Part shown: in pieces, positions 20,584-29,904 of the stretch
Numbering within the stretch: the first letter of the stretch is position 1
How the letters are laid out: each line of letters begins with the position of its first letter
Source of the DNA: Flavobacteriales bacterium
Lineage (GTDB): Bacteria > Bacteroidota > Bacteroidia > Flavobacteriales_C > GCA-002722245
Direction of reading: 5' to 3'
DNA length: 64,000 nt
Assembly (NCBI GenBank): GCA_947444925.1
Contig: CANFBW010000002.1
Location: forward strand, 64,396 to 128,395
The notes under the pieces: generated by a model
Databases searched by the model: none
Seen by the model: only the letters and a program-made list of their open reading frames with translations
What the model was told of the DNA's origin: nothing
Made by a program: the position numbers and the translations under genes

Positions 20584-21947
20584 AGTACAGCTTCTTTAGA
20601 GCGGATGAGGCAGGATTGAAATCCTTTCATGATTTCTTCGCGGTTTAGATTTTTACCAATAAACACCACTTGATTTTTTCGCTTTTCGCCGGGACGCCAT
20701 TTCCTGTCGGATTGCGCATCAAAAAGCATGTGTACTCCCTGAAAAACAAAACGCTCATCGTTGCCCTTAATATTTAAAATTCCCTTCATCCGGAAAATAT
20801 CAGTTCCCTTGTTTTGCAACAACCAGTTGATCCACTCATCCATTTTTTGAAGATCCAGTTCCCCTTCGGTGTCAATACCAACAGAAGACACGGCATTGTC
20901 GTGTTCATGCGTATGCTCAAATTCACGAAAAGAAAGAGGCCATACTAAATTTTCATTCTGAAAAATTTTCATTCCAAATTCATTGGGGTGGTGTTGTGTA
21001 TATAAAATATAGTATCCGTTTTTTTTCATCTTGAACTTATATTCATTCACCTTGTCATCCACCACAAGTTGATTCAGCGCGTTATTTGTTTTAAGAAATT
21101 TTTGTGGGCGGATGAGAAAAGACGCTTCAGAAAAAAGTTTGATGGCCAGTTTCTTTCCATTTTCAATTTCATTTTCCTCTGCCGAATCGACTTTAACAAT
21201 CGCAATATCCATAGTGGGATCAGGCCCTTCGTCCAACGCCAAAGAATATTCAAATTCATTCAATTCGTAAATAGCAGCCCATTCAAAAGGAACTTCTTCA
21301 TTTAAAATACCGGGATTGATTTCCACTTTGGCATTAAGGTCGAAGGCTTTTACATTTAGTATTTTGTCCATGTCGATATCCGCATCTTTGGTTTTGTAAA
21401 CCTTAGCTTGCGGGTTCATCCGTTGTATTTTATTTTCCAGTTTTTCAAGTTCGCCGGCACTCACCAAATCAATTTTATTGAGCAGAATAACATCGGCAAA
21501 AGCGATTTGCTCCTGACATTCGGAACTGTTGTCGATGTGTAACCACACGTGCTTTGTATCCACCACGGTGATGATCGCATCCAAACTCATCTGTTCTTTC
21601 ATTTCATCGTCTACCCAAAAAGTTTGTGCTACAGGCGCAGGATTGGCGAGTCCTGTAGTTTCTACAATGATGTAGTCAAATTTATCTTTGCGCTTCATGA
21701 GCTGTCCGAGAATACGGATAAGGTCGCCGCGCACCGTACAGCAAATACAGCCATTGTTCATTTCAAATATTTCTTCATCGGCACCTATCACCAATTCATG
21801 ATCAACACCCACTTCGCCAAATTCATTTTCAATCACCGCAATTTTTTTACCGTGATTTTCTTTTAATATCCTGTTCAGTAAAGTTGTTTTTCCAGAGCCT
21901 AAAAATCCTGTAAGGATAGTCACCGGAATGGTTTTGTTATTTTCCAT
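20580..21947 (-). CDS. COG0523 G3E GTPase metallochaperone, paralog 2 (long form with ~150-aa insertion)
   Basis: [30 protein letters not shown]. Insertion carries the His-rich patch EFEHTHEHD. 4-bp overlap with the WD40 gene. Confidence 0.8.
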   Translation of the reverse strand: MENNKTIPVTILTGFLGSGKTTLLNRILKENHGKKIAVIENEFGEVGVDHELVIGADEEIFEMNNGCICCTVRGDLIRILGQLMKRKDKFDYIIVETTGLANPAPVAQTFWVDDEMKEQMSLDAIITVVDTKHVWLHIDNSSECQEQIAFADVILLNKIDLVSAGELEKLENKIQRMNPQAKVYKTKDADIDMDKILNVKAFDLNAKVEINPGILNEEVPFEWAAIYELNEFEYSLALDEGPDPTMDIAIVKVDSAEENEIENGKKLAIKLFSEASFLIRPQKFLKTNNALNQLVVDDKVNEYKFKMKKNGYYILYTQHHPNEFGMKIFQNENLVWPLSFREFEHTHEHDNAVSSVGIDTEGELDLQKMDEWINWLLQNKGTDIFRMKGILNIKGNDERFVFQGVHMLFDAQSDRKWRPGEKRKNQVVFIGKNLNREEIMKGFQSCLIRSKEAVL

Positions 21948-21950
21948 ATA

Positions 21951-22214
21951 TCAATTTTTTTTAGTTTTTAATCCGTCAATATCCCATTTGCGCACGTAGG
22001 TGAGCGGCTTGCCGATTTTAAATTTCAGGGTTTCATTTTCTTTGTAAATTACAATGATAGTTTCCACATCGGGACAATTAGGTTCTGCGCATTTAAGCTC
22101 CGTCACTGTGATGATGACATCATCTGATAAAAGCAATTTAGTCCTTGTCCATTCCTTGACAAGTTTCTTGATTTTACTATTATCTATATCGTTGGGGTTT
22201 TTTAAAAGTGCCAT
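21951..22214 (-). CDS. Small protein (87 aa), standalone copy of the unknown domain fused to the CDF
   Basis: KLVKEWTRTKL...ETIIVIYKENETLKFKIGKPLTYVRKWDI aligns with the CDF N-terminus KIKEWVRRKL...TTVIMVFPNGNISKMNRYLLEKPLEEVTKKDI. Confidence 0.45.
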   Translation of the reverse strand: MALLKNPNDIDNSKIKKLVKEWTRTKLLLSDDVIITVTELKCAEPNCPDVETIIVIYKENETLKFKIGKPLTYVRKWDIDGLKTKKN

Positions 22215-22216
22215 AA

Positions 22217-22987
22217 TTAAAACAACATTTTTTCAATAACACTAACCATTAACATACATAAAACACCAAGACTAATTACCACTCCCTGCACCAACTGATA
22301 TTGTACTTTAGAAGTGTTGTGTAACTCAGGAATCAAATCTGTTGAAGCGATATAAATAAATCCCCCGGCTGCAATAGGTAAAAGATAATTGACCGGAAGC
22401 GCCATAAAAGAACCCAGTAGCAATACCGCCACCACTCCAGCAACACAGGTAAGCGAACAAAGGAAATTATACCACACCGCCTGTTTGGGCGAATAGCCGC
22501 CGTGAATCAACGCGCCTATATCACCCACTTCCTGCGGAATTTCATGAATGATAATGGCGAGCGTTGTGGTCACGCCCAACGCCGGACTGGCCATAAAACT
22601 TCCGGCAATCAAAGTACCATCAATGAAATTGTGAACGGCATCGCCCACCAGATTCATTTTTGCCATAGGTTGTGGTTTTGTGACAGAATGCAGCACAGGC
22701 GTATAAAACTGATGCTTCCAACGAATTATTTTTTCAAGAAAAAAGAACAATAATATTCCTCCCACTGTAACCACCAACACAGAATGCATATCGCCAATGC
22801 GTGTGATGGCATCAGGAATAAGATGCAAAAACGCATCGCCCAGCAACACACCCACTGCGAGACTCATTAAAAACTGCAAAGAATTTTTAAGGGTTTTCTC
22901 CTTGATAAATAAAGCAAATGCTCCTATCAAAGAAACGAAGCTCACTATGAGTGCGGCCAAAACCGAATTTATCCAAATTACATCCAT
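22217..22987 (-). CDS. zupT: ZIP-family metal permease (ZupT-like)
   Basis: HEIPQEVGDIGALI and HNFIDGTLIA signatures, eight TM helices. Confidence 0.8.
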   Translation of the reverse strand: MDVIWINSVLAALIVSFVSLIGAFALFIKEKTLKNSLQFLMSLAVGVLLGDAFLHLIPDAITRIGDMHSVLVVTVGGILLFFFLEKIIRWKHQFYTPVLHSVTKPQPMAKMNLVGDAVHNFIDGTLIAGSFMASPALGVTTTLAIIIHEIPQEVGDIGALIHGGYSPKQAVWYNFLCSLTCVAGVVAVLLLGSFMALPVNYLLPIAAGGFIYIASTDLIPELHNTSKVQYQLVQGVVISLGVLCMLMVSVIEKMLF

Positions 22988-22996
22988 ATCACTTTT

Positions 22997-24184
22997 TTAT
23001 AAATTCCATGTGTCTTCAAAAGAAATTCCTGTCTGCATCGCTATAATTTCAGAATCTGTACAAATACATTCTTGTAAACCTGAAGTGATTTGCTCCACGT
23101 CCATATCCTGACCGATGATTACCAGTTCATTTATCCTGTCACCCCATGTTTCATCCATACGAGCAAGAATAGAAGCTTCATCGCCATTGTGGTTTTTCCA
23201 TTCTTCCCTTGGTTTGGAAATCCACCATACACCTGCCTTTTCGGGACTCACAGAACCACCTGCTTGATTCCAGCTAAAAGCATCCTCAGGGCGAGAAGCC
23301 ATCCAAAACATTCCTTTACTGCGCAAAACATTTTCAGGCCAGTAATCATTTACATACTCTAAAAATCTTGCAGGATGAAAAGGTTTTTTCTCTCTGAAAA
23401 CAAAAGAACTTAATCCATATTCTTCTGTTTCCGGTGTGTGTGGTTTTTCTAATTCATTGATCCAACTGAGCGCAGCCGATGACTTTTCAAAATCGAAGAG
23501 TCGAGTATTAATAATTTCATCTAAAGGAACTTTGCCAAAAGAAGATTCAATGATTTTTGCAGAAGAATTGAGCTTGCGAAGGATTGCTTTTAATTCTGCC
23601 AAACGTTGCGGACGAACTAAATCGGATTTATTTATAACAATGACGTTGGCAAATTCTATCTGATCGACCAAAAGATTGACTATTGTTCTATCGTCGTCCT
23701 GATCGTTATTTAATTTTCTTTCATAAATCGTTTCTAAGCTTTGAAAATCTTCTGCGAAATTAAACGCATCTACAACAGTGACCAGAGTATCTAAAGAACT
23801 GAATTTAGAAAGATCAATTCCTGATGGCTCATCTATATAAGAAAAAGTTTGTGCAACAGGTAAAGGTTCCGAGATGCCAGTGGATTCAATCACCAAATAA
23901 TCAAACCTGTTTTCCATCGCTAATTTTTCTACTTCTTTCAAAAGGTCTTCACGCAGGGTACAGCAAATACATCCGTTCGACATCTCTACGAGTTTTTCTT
24001 CCGTGCGCGATAGCACATTTTCGTTTTTTACAGTAGAGGCATCTACATTAACTTCACTCATGTCATTGACGATCACTGCCACTTTCATTCCTTCCTTGTT
24101 GTGCAAAATGTGATTGAGTAAAGTGGTTTTTCCTGCACCAAGAAATCCACTTAAAACTGTTACAGGTAATTTTTTCATTTTCAT
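22997..24184 (-). CDS. COG0523 G3E GTPase metallochaperone, paralog 3
   Basis: [31 protein letters not shown]-terminal CobW_C ([12 protein letters not shown]). Confidence 0.8.
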   Translation of the reverse strand: MKMKKLPVTVLSGFLGAGKTTLLNHILHNKEGMKVAVIVNDMSEVNVDASTVKNENVLSRTEEKLVEMSNGCICCTLREDLLKEVEKLAMENRFDYLVIESTGISEPLPVAQTFSYIDEPSGIDLSKFSSLDTLVTVVDAFNFAEDFQSLETIYERKLNNDQDDDRTIVNLLVDQIEFANVIVINKSDLVRPQRLAELKAILRKLNSSAKIIESSFGKVPLDEIINTRLFDFEKSSAALSWINELEKPHTPETEEYGLSSFVFREKKPFHPARFLEYVNDYWPENVLRSKGMFWMASRPEDAFSWNQAGGSVSPEKAGVWWISKPREEWKNHNGDEASILARMDETWGDRINELVIIGQDMDVEQITSGLQECICTDSEIIAMQTGISFEDTWNL

Positions 24185-24209
24185 ATTTTTATTTCTCTAT
24201 TCTATATAA

Positions 24210-24236
24210 GGGCGGAACCGGGGATTGGTTCCGCCC
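24210..24236 (-). terminator. GC-rich hairpin between the OMP gene and the COG0523 operon
   Basis: gggcggaacc ggggatt ggttccgccc forms a perfect 10-bp stem. Flanking U-tract on the minus strand is weak. Confidence 0.4.
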
Positions 24237-24259
24237 CAATTGAGGGGAGAGGAGGGATT

Positions 24260-24997
24260 TTATTTTAGTTTATATGCCAATCCTAATGAACCATTGATCC
24301 AACTCATTTGCTGATTGGTGACCAATCTTCCTGCGGTATTGCTCCTGTTTTCATTACTGATGGCAACTCCCGGCGTGCTGAAATAATCGCACATTAATGA
24401 AAGTGCCATTTTTTCGGAAAAGGAATATTTAAATCCTAAACCCAGCTGCCAGCCAAAAGCCGAAGCTGTTGAACTCAATTGCGTGAAGGCCGGATTATCT
24501 TCCAGCTGAACTGAAACTTCAGGAGTGGAGATGCTTTGCGCCAATCCGCCTAAAGCACGGGCTTCTATACTGAATTTATTGAAAGGCAATGAAAAATATG
24601 GCCCTACCAAAAAGTTCAATGTTCTGTATCTGCTGTTGGTGATAACAGTAGATTCGTCAACACCAAAGGCATCGGTATAGCTGTCTCCTAATTTGGTAGC
24701 ATCGTCCTTAGTTAATCCACCGTGATCGGAAAAATTTAGTACGCCTCCGACTCCTATATTTTTGTGGAAATAATAAGCTCCGTCAAATCCAATATTGAAT
24801 CCTGTTTTCGCAAATCCGGAAGTATTGTTCCAGCTGCCAAACTCACCTAAATCAGTGGAAGCAAAATTCCCAAGCGGAGCTGATACTCCTCCTGAAAGGC
24901 CAAGAAAAAAATTGCCTGTGCTTTCTTCCTGCGCACAGATGGTTGATGTAAGCAGCACTATTGCTGTGAGTACACTGAATATATTTTTTGTTTTCAT
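24260..24997 (-). CDS. Outer-membrane beta-barrel protein (porin-like), signal peptide
   Basis: Signal peptide, alternating amphipathic strands, C-terminal ...LGLAYKLK with aromatic/hydrophobic terminus. Confidence 0.5.
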   Translation of the reverse strand: MKTKNIFSVLTAIVLLTSTICAQEESTGNFFLGLSGGVSAPLGNFASTDLGEFGSWNNTSGFAKTGFNIGFDGAYYFHKNIGVGGVLNFSDHGGLTKDDATKLGDSYTDAFGVDESTVITNSRYRTLNFLVGPYFSLPFNKFSIEARALGGLAQSISTPEVSVQLEDNPAFTQLSSTASAFGWQLGLGFKYSFSEKMALSLMCDYFSTPGVAISNENRSNTAGRLVTNQQMSWINGSLGLAYKLK

Positions 24998-25024
24998 ATC
25001 CTGTTTTTAAAAATTAATTTCTGC

Positions 25025-25702
25025 TTATTGAATAGTTACATTGAATCCTACATCTAAATCGGTGGAGCCCGGCGTGTAAGTGCCATTTTTAGAATTGGGC
25101 TGGTGTCTCAGCATCAATCTCAACCAGCCTGTACTGTTGGCTCCTGTGACAAAACTTGATTGTAAGCCCAAAGGATAAACCTGCGGATTAGAATCATGAT
25201 CTGTAATACTCACAGTAAGATTCAATGCGTTGGAACTCACTGTTGCAGTGGTAGAAGCATTGGTAGGAATAGGATCGGGAAGCACATCTCCGGAAGTATA
25301 AGGAATTACAAAAGCACTCATGCTTGGCAGTGATTGATAAAAAAACAAATGATAGTTTGCCCTTTCTTTTATTTCATTGGAAACATTGAAAACCGGACTC
25401 TGTGATTTATCCAGCAGCACCAGCTCGGCAGTATAAGTAGCATTGGCTTTCAGTGTAAGGTCGACTTTGCTCACATCTACAGGTAAAGGATAGCCATTAG
25501 CATCTAGCAGCTGTTCCCACGTGGCGGTATCTTTATCAAAAGGAGCCAGTGTGTTGGTAACAATTACAGAAACCGTTGTGAGGGCTTCATTGGCGATAGT
25601 AGGCGCAACTACCTGCTCCTCCTTGTTACAGGCTTGTATGGTGAAAGCCACCAATACTACAGCCAGTAATTTTGTTTTTGAAATGTACTTCATTTTAATC
25701 AT
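25025..25702 (-). CDS. Lipoprotein of unknown function encoded directly downstream of the TonB-dependent receptor
   Basis: Lipobox ...FTIQAC NKEE. Ser/Thr-rich beta-type sequence. Confidence 0.5.
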   Translation of the reverse strand: MIKMKYISKTKLLAVVLVAFTIQACNKEEQVVAPTIANEALTTVSVIVTNTLAPFDKDTATWEQLLDANGYPLPVDVSKVDLTLKANATYTAELVLLDKSQSPVFNVSNEIKERANYHLFFYQSLPSMSAFVIPYTSGDVLPDPIPTNASTTATVSSNALNLTVSITDHDSNPQVYPLGLQSSFVTGANSTGWLRLMLRHQPNSKNGTYTPGSTDLDVGFNVTIQ

Positions 25703-25712
25703 CGTTTAAGGT

Positions 25713-28082
25713 TTAATTATTATTGGTATTGTGTTTAGAAAATTCAAAAGGGACTTTTATTCTCAGCACGAAATTTCTGCCTAAATCATCAGTGAAATAG
25801 CGAAAACGGTTGAGATAATCCCTGTAAGATTTGTTGAGCATATTGTTCACCGAAAAATCAACGGAAACAACTTGCTTGCCTATAAGGAAATCAAAGTTGA
25901 TATTGGCACCTAACAAAACATATCCCGCCGGAGGAAGCGCAAAGTCGCTGTTGGCAGGAACATTATTTTGTTTTGCCACATTCAGGTTGCTGATGCCCAG
26001 CGATACTTTTTGGAGTTTTCCGATTTTTCCGATTTCATATTTTATAGAATTATCTATTCTATTAGACGGTGCATAAATCAGGAAATCATGAATGCTGTTA
26101 TTGTAAGCATAGATATAAGATGTTTTTGTGGTAAAAGTAATTTTGTGAAGTGTATATTCTGCTTTCACATCAACTCCGGTAAATACAACATTTGCTTGTG
26201 TATAGCTGAAAGCAGGGAATGACCCGCGAATGGTATGAATAGCAATTAAATCGGGTTTGAGATAAGTGTAATTGATAATGATGTTATGGTAAGCACCAAA
26301 ATTCAACACAAAATTTTTGTTGGAATATTTTATTTCCGAATTGAAATTATACGCGTGTTCAGGAACGAGATTAGAATTTCCTATTTCATACGAAGCTGCA
26401 CTTTGATGAACTCCCTTAGAAAACAGTTCATTCACAGTAGGCGCTTTCCATGCCGTGCTAAAATTTGCACTTATGCTCATTTTCTCTGTGAGTCGGTATT
26501 CGGCTCCTGCAGCGATAGTGAAATTTTCGTAGTGGTAAGTGGGGGTAATGACCTGCGCGGTAGTGTTATCAAGCATATAAACTCTCATCCATCTGTAATC
26601 GTAGCGGATACCGCCTTCTATACTCCACCTGTTTTTCTGCCATTTCTCAATCCATAAAATTCCGCCGCCATAGTTCCTGAAATTAGGAATCAAAAATTCG
26701 TACTTCCGTACATTTCCCTGTGTAATTCCATTAAATCCGATGCTTCCCTTTATGTTTTTAAAAGATTTATGTTCCCAAATACCATCGAGTGTTTGGGTTT
26801 GTATTCTCAAATAAAGTTCGGGATTCAGCTTGCCTGTAAAAGGGATATATCCATATTCCGATCTTTCGTTTTGCTGGGAAGCAAAGGTTAATTCAAACCT
26901 TCCCAGTTTTTCAGATTTGTAATATGCTTTTGCTTTAAACAAATTGTGTTGAACCAATTGATAAGGACGATCGATAGTATAAGTGAATACATCGGGAGTA
27001 AGGGGCTTATCTCTTTTAATTGCCGACAGAATATCACTTACCGCTTCGGCATGTGTGCCGGAAAAAATTCCCAGCTGAGTAAAAAAGCTACTGTAATAAA
27101 GTTCCGCTCCGTAATTCTTTTTAGTGTAGGCTAAAGTGGCGGAATAATTAATTTCTTTAGAGGCTGTATTATCCATATAATAATAAGCCGTTCTGCTATT
27201 TCCTGAGCGTTTATAAGTTCCCTGTACACGCCAGCTTAATCCCGAAAATTTTTTACCAAAAGCTCCATCCAACATTGCAGAAGATGTTCCCGCATATCCG
27301 TTGCTCATGCCAACTAAATTTATTTCTCCGCCAATGCCGGGATTAATACGCATTTTTTTAGGCTCCACCAGAATAACTCCCCCGATCGCATCAGAACCGT
27401 AACGGATACTTGCTGCACCTTTCACCACAATTAGATTAGTAGCGATGAAGGGATCAATTTCGGGAGCATGCTCCGACCCCCATTGCTGACCCTCCTGTCT
27501 TATTCCATTATTCAATATCAATATCCGATTGCTGTGTAATCCGTGGATAACAGGTTTTGAAATAGAAGGGCCAGTTTGAATCGTATAAACACCGGCAAGA
27601 CTTTTCAGAGATTCACCTAAAGAAAGTCCTCTTGTTTTGTCGAGTTCCTTTCCTTTGATTTGTTCCTGTGGTTGTATCAACGGCACACTATCATTACCTC
27701 TTCTTTTTACAATCAATATTTCATGAATCGAACAAGTATCGAAATGCATGGTTACATCCTGTGAATGATTCCCCTGTATGTGCAAAGTGCACGTAAACGT
27801 TTTGTGCCCCACATGACTATACTGTACCGTATATGAACCCGCGCAAATAAAATTTAAATGATACACTCCACTATCATTAGTGGCCATACCTTTATTGAGT
27901 TCTTTAATTTCCACAGAAACAGATGATAAATTTTGATGGGTTTCGCCACTGTACACTTTCCCGCTTAGAGTAAAAGAGCATTTGTCTGTATTCACCTGAG
28001 CGTATAAATGCCCATAACAAAACAGCATTGACATGCTTGCCGTATAAAAAAACTTCATGAAATAATTAGAATTTAAAACCAA
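25713..28082 (-). CDS. TonB-dependent receptor with N-terminal carboxypeptidase-regulatory-like domain
   Basis: CarbopepD_reg-like N-terminus (SGKVYSGETHQ...NDSGVYHL). Plug domain (VYTIQTGPSISKPVIHGLHSNRILILNNGIRQEGQQWG). Long beta-barrel with C-terminal aromatic residue. Confidence 0.85.
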   Translation of the reverse strand: MVLNSNYFMKFFYTASMSMLFCYGHLYAQVNTDKCSFTLSGKVYSGETHQNLSSVSVEIKELNKGMATNDSGVYHLNFICAGSYTVQYSHVGHKTFTCTLHIQGNHSQDVTMHFDTCSIHEILIVKRRGNDSVPLIQPQEQIKGKELDKTRGLSLGESLKSLAGVYTIQTGPSISKPVIHGLHSNRILILNNGIRQEGQQWGSEHAPEIDPFIATNLIVVKGAASIRYGSDAIGGVILVEPKKMRINPGIGGEINLVGMSNGYAGTSSAMLDGAFGKKFSGLSWRVQGTYKRSGNSRTAYYYMDNTASKEINYSATLAYTKKNYGAELYYSSFFTQLGIFSGTHAEAVSDILSAIKRDKPLTPDVFTYTIDRPYQLVQHNLFKAKAYYKSEKLGRFELTFASQQNERSEYGYIPFTGKLNPELYLRIQTQTLDGIWEHKSFKNIKGSIGFNGITQGNVRKYEFLIPNFRNYGGGILWIEKWQKNRWSIEGGIRYDYRWMRVYMLDNTTAQVITPTYHYENFTIAAGAEYRLTEKMSISANFSTAWKAPTVNELFSKGVHQSAASYEIGNSNLVPEHAYNFNSEIKYSNKNFVLNFGAYHNIIINYTYLKPDLIAIHTIRGSFPAFSYTQANVVFTGVDVKAEYTLHKITFTTKTSYIYAYNNSIHDFLIYAPSNRIDNSIKYEIGKIGKLQKVSLGISNLNVAKQNNVPANSDFALPPAGYVLLGANINFDFLIGKQVVSVDFSVNNMLNKSYRDYLNRFRYFTDDLGRNFVLRIKVPFEFSKHNTNNN

Positions 28083-28123
28083 TTAATCCGCCTGTTCAGC
28101 AAGGAATAATTACAACACTTACT

Positions 28124-28477
28124 TTAAATAGTATTTGCTGCGGGAGGAGATCTTCCTGAGGATTCAGGAGTGATTTTTTCTGCTTTAAGCAGTAAAAGGG
28201 AATAATTGTTATAAGTATAAAAAACCGGACTTTTTACAAAAACTAAATCATTGTAATACAATTCATGTGAAAGATTCAGAGAACATATTTTACATTTCTC
28301 ATCTGCTTTACAGATTTCTTGTTCGGGATTATCATGCTTTTTTTGATGCGCTGAATGCTGCGTGTGATTGTGTAAAAACCCCGATACAACCTGTATAAAA
28401 AGAAGGTTGAAAAGGAGAACACCCGATAAAACGATATTTAAAATTGCTCGTATTTTCACAAATTTTTGTTGCAACAA
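28124..28477 (-). CDS. Small His/Cys-rich membrane protein (questionable)
   Basis: TTG start. One TM helix followed by HNHTQHSAHQKKHD and CKADEKCKICS. Could be spurious. Confidence 0.3.
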   Translation of the reverse strand: MLQQKFVKIRAILNIVLSGVLLFNLLFIQVVSGFLHNHTQHSAHQKKHDNPEQEICKADEKCKICSLNLSHELYYNDLVFVKSPVFYTYNNYSLLLLKAEKITPESSGRSPPAANTI

Positions 28478-28562
28478 CGATTCAAATGTATAAATATATT
28501 TTTAATGCAACAATGTTTCACGTAAACTTAACATAGACTACGGAAAATAATATCTTTGCAGA

Positions 28563-28991
28563 ATGGCACATTTAAAGAAAGAAAATATTGAGCACCTTCT
28601 TCGGGAACATCAGCTAAAATTAACACCCCAAAGAGTGGCTGTGCTAAAAGTATTCTTAGAAAGAGACAAAGTGATGAGTCTGGCTTCCCTCAACAAATAC
28701 TTAGGGAAAGATTTTGACAGGATTACTTTGTACCGCACATTGAATGCCTTTGAAGAAAAAGGATTGATCCATAAAATCCCTGATAAAGAAGTTGCTTCTT
28801 ATGCGCTTTGTAAACATGACTCCATCAGCCATTCACACGAAGACAACCACGCTCATTTCAAATGCACCAGTTGTTCCCTTACTGTTTGCCTCGATGAAGT
28901 TCAGATTCCACAAATAGTTCTTCCAAAGAAATTCAAGGCTCAAAAATTCAATTTTATAGTGGAAGGGCTTTGCGAGGACTGTAAAAAGTAA
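28563..28991 (+). CDS. Fur-family metalloregulator (Zur-like by context)
   Basis: LKLTPQRVAVLKVF DNA-binding helix. HSHEDNHAHFKCTSC...CEDC metal sites. Divergent from the TBDR operon. Confidence 0.8.
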   Translation: MAHLKKENIEHLLREHQLKLTPQRVAVLKVFLERDKVMSLASLNKYLGKDFDRITLYRTLNAFEEKGLIHKIPDKEVASYALCKHDSISHSHEDNHAHFKCTSCSLTVCLDEVQIPQIVLPKKFKAQKFNFIVEGLCEDCKK

Positions 28992-29177
28992 TATCCTGAA
29001 ATCTAGTTGAAATACAAACTGCTTTCATAAACCAATCTCAACTATTTTCAATTTCGAACATTTTGCATTTTTTGCAAATAGTTAAAGTGTCTTAGTCGAT
29101 GAGATCGGCATTTAATTGGCTCAGAAGCTCTATGACTGTAAGAATTTTGTTACAAATGTGTAGCTTTGAGCCCGCTG

Positions 29178-29217
29178 AAAGGGACTTTACAAATAAAAGT
29201 GTAAAGTCCCTTTTTTT
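29178..29217 (+). terminator. Rho-independent terminator ~190 bp downstream of the Fur-family gene
   Basis: gggactttaca...tgtaaagtccc stem followed by T7. Confidence 0.45.
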
Positions 29218-29300
29218 GTGCCAACGAATTTTATTTGCTCTGTATAAAAAAGCTAATATTGTTTTTCAAATAAGATGCAATCGAAAAATTAAGAGTCATA

Positions 29301-29855
29301 TTGAATCATATTTTGCCTATTGACGAGGAAAGTTGGGCCATGCTGTTGCCGCACCTGAAATCGCAGCAAATGGAGTGCGGTGATTTTTTGTGTCGCAGCG
29401 GTGAAATTTGCAAATCCATTGCGTTCATTCAAAGTGGTTCCATGCGTGCCTATTATACTTCGGACGATTTGTTAGAGACCAATTTATTGCTCTGTTCGCA
29501 AAATGAATTTATTTGTGATTACGAAAGTTTTATTACGCAGTCGCCTGCGAAATACAATGTTGAAGCCATCGAAAGAACAAATGTGATAGTGTTGTCGAAG
29601 TCGGTTTTGGATGCCTTGTACGCGGAATCTTTTTATTGGAATTGCTTCGGGCGGAAAGTGGCCGAAGGGATATATTTGAGCTCGAAAGCGCGTGCGGAAG
29701 AACTGCTGTTTTATGGACCTGAAGAGCGTTACCTGCGCTTGATGCGCAAACACCCCGAATATTTTCAAAAGTATGCGCTGAAACATTTGGCGGGCTACTT
29801 GGGGATTGCCCCGCAATCGCTCAGTAGAATTCGTGCACGACTTGTGCAGCATTAA
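29301..29855 (+). CDS. Crp/Fnr-family transcriptional regulator
   Basis: cNMP-binding-like N-terminus. C-terminal HTH (LKHLAGYLGIAPQSLSRIRARL). Confidence 0.75.
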   Translation: MNHILPIDEESWAMLLPHLKSQQMECGDFLCRSGEICKSIAFIQSGSMRAYYTSDDLLETNLLLCSQNEFICDYESFITQSPAKYNVEAIERTNVIVLSKSVLDALYAESFYWNCFGRKVAEGIYLSSKARAEELLFYGPEERYLRLMRKHPEYFQKYALKHLAGYLGIAPQSLSRIRARLVQH

Positions 29856-29904
29856 TTAACTTGGGTTAAGCAGTGCACTCATCGCAGTTTATTATTTTTG
29901 TTGC

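Noticed and set aside
24210-24236. Considered whether the GC hairpin is a Zur/Fur operator for the COG0523 operon
   Set aside because: It is a GC-rich perfect stem-loop rather than an AT-rich Fur-type palindrome, so it is more consistent with a transcript terminator or stabiliser. No clear operator was identified upstream of 24184 by eye.
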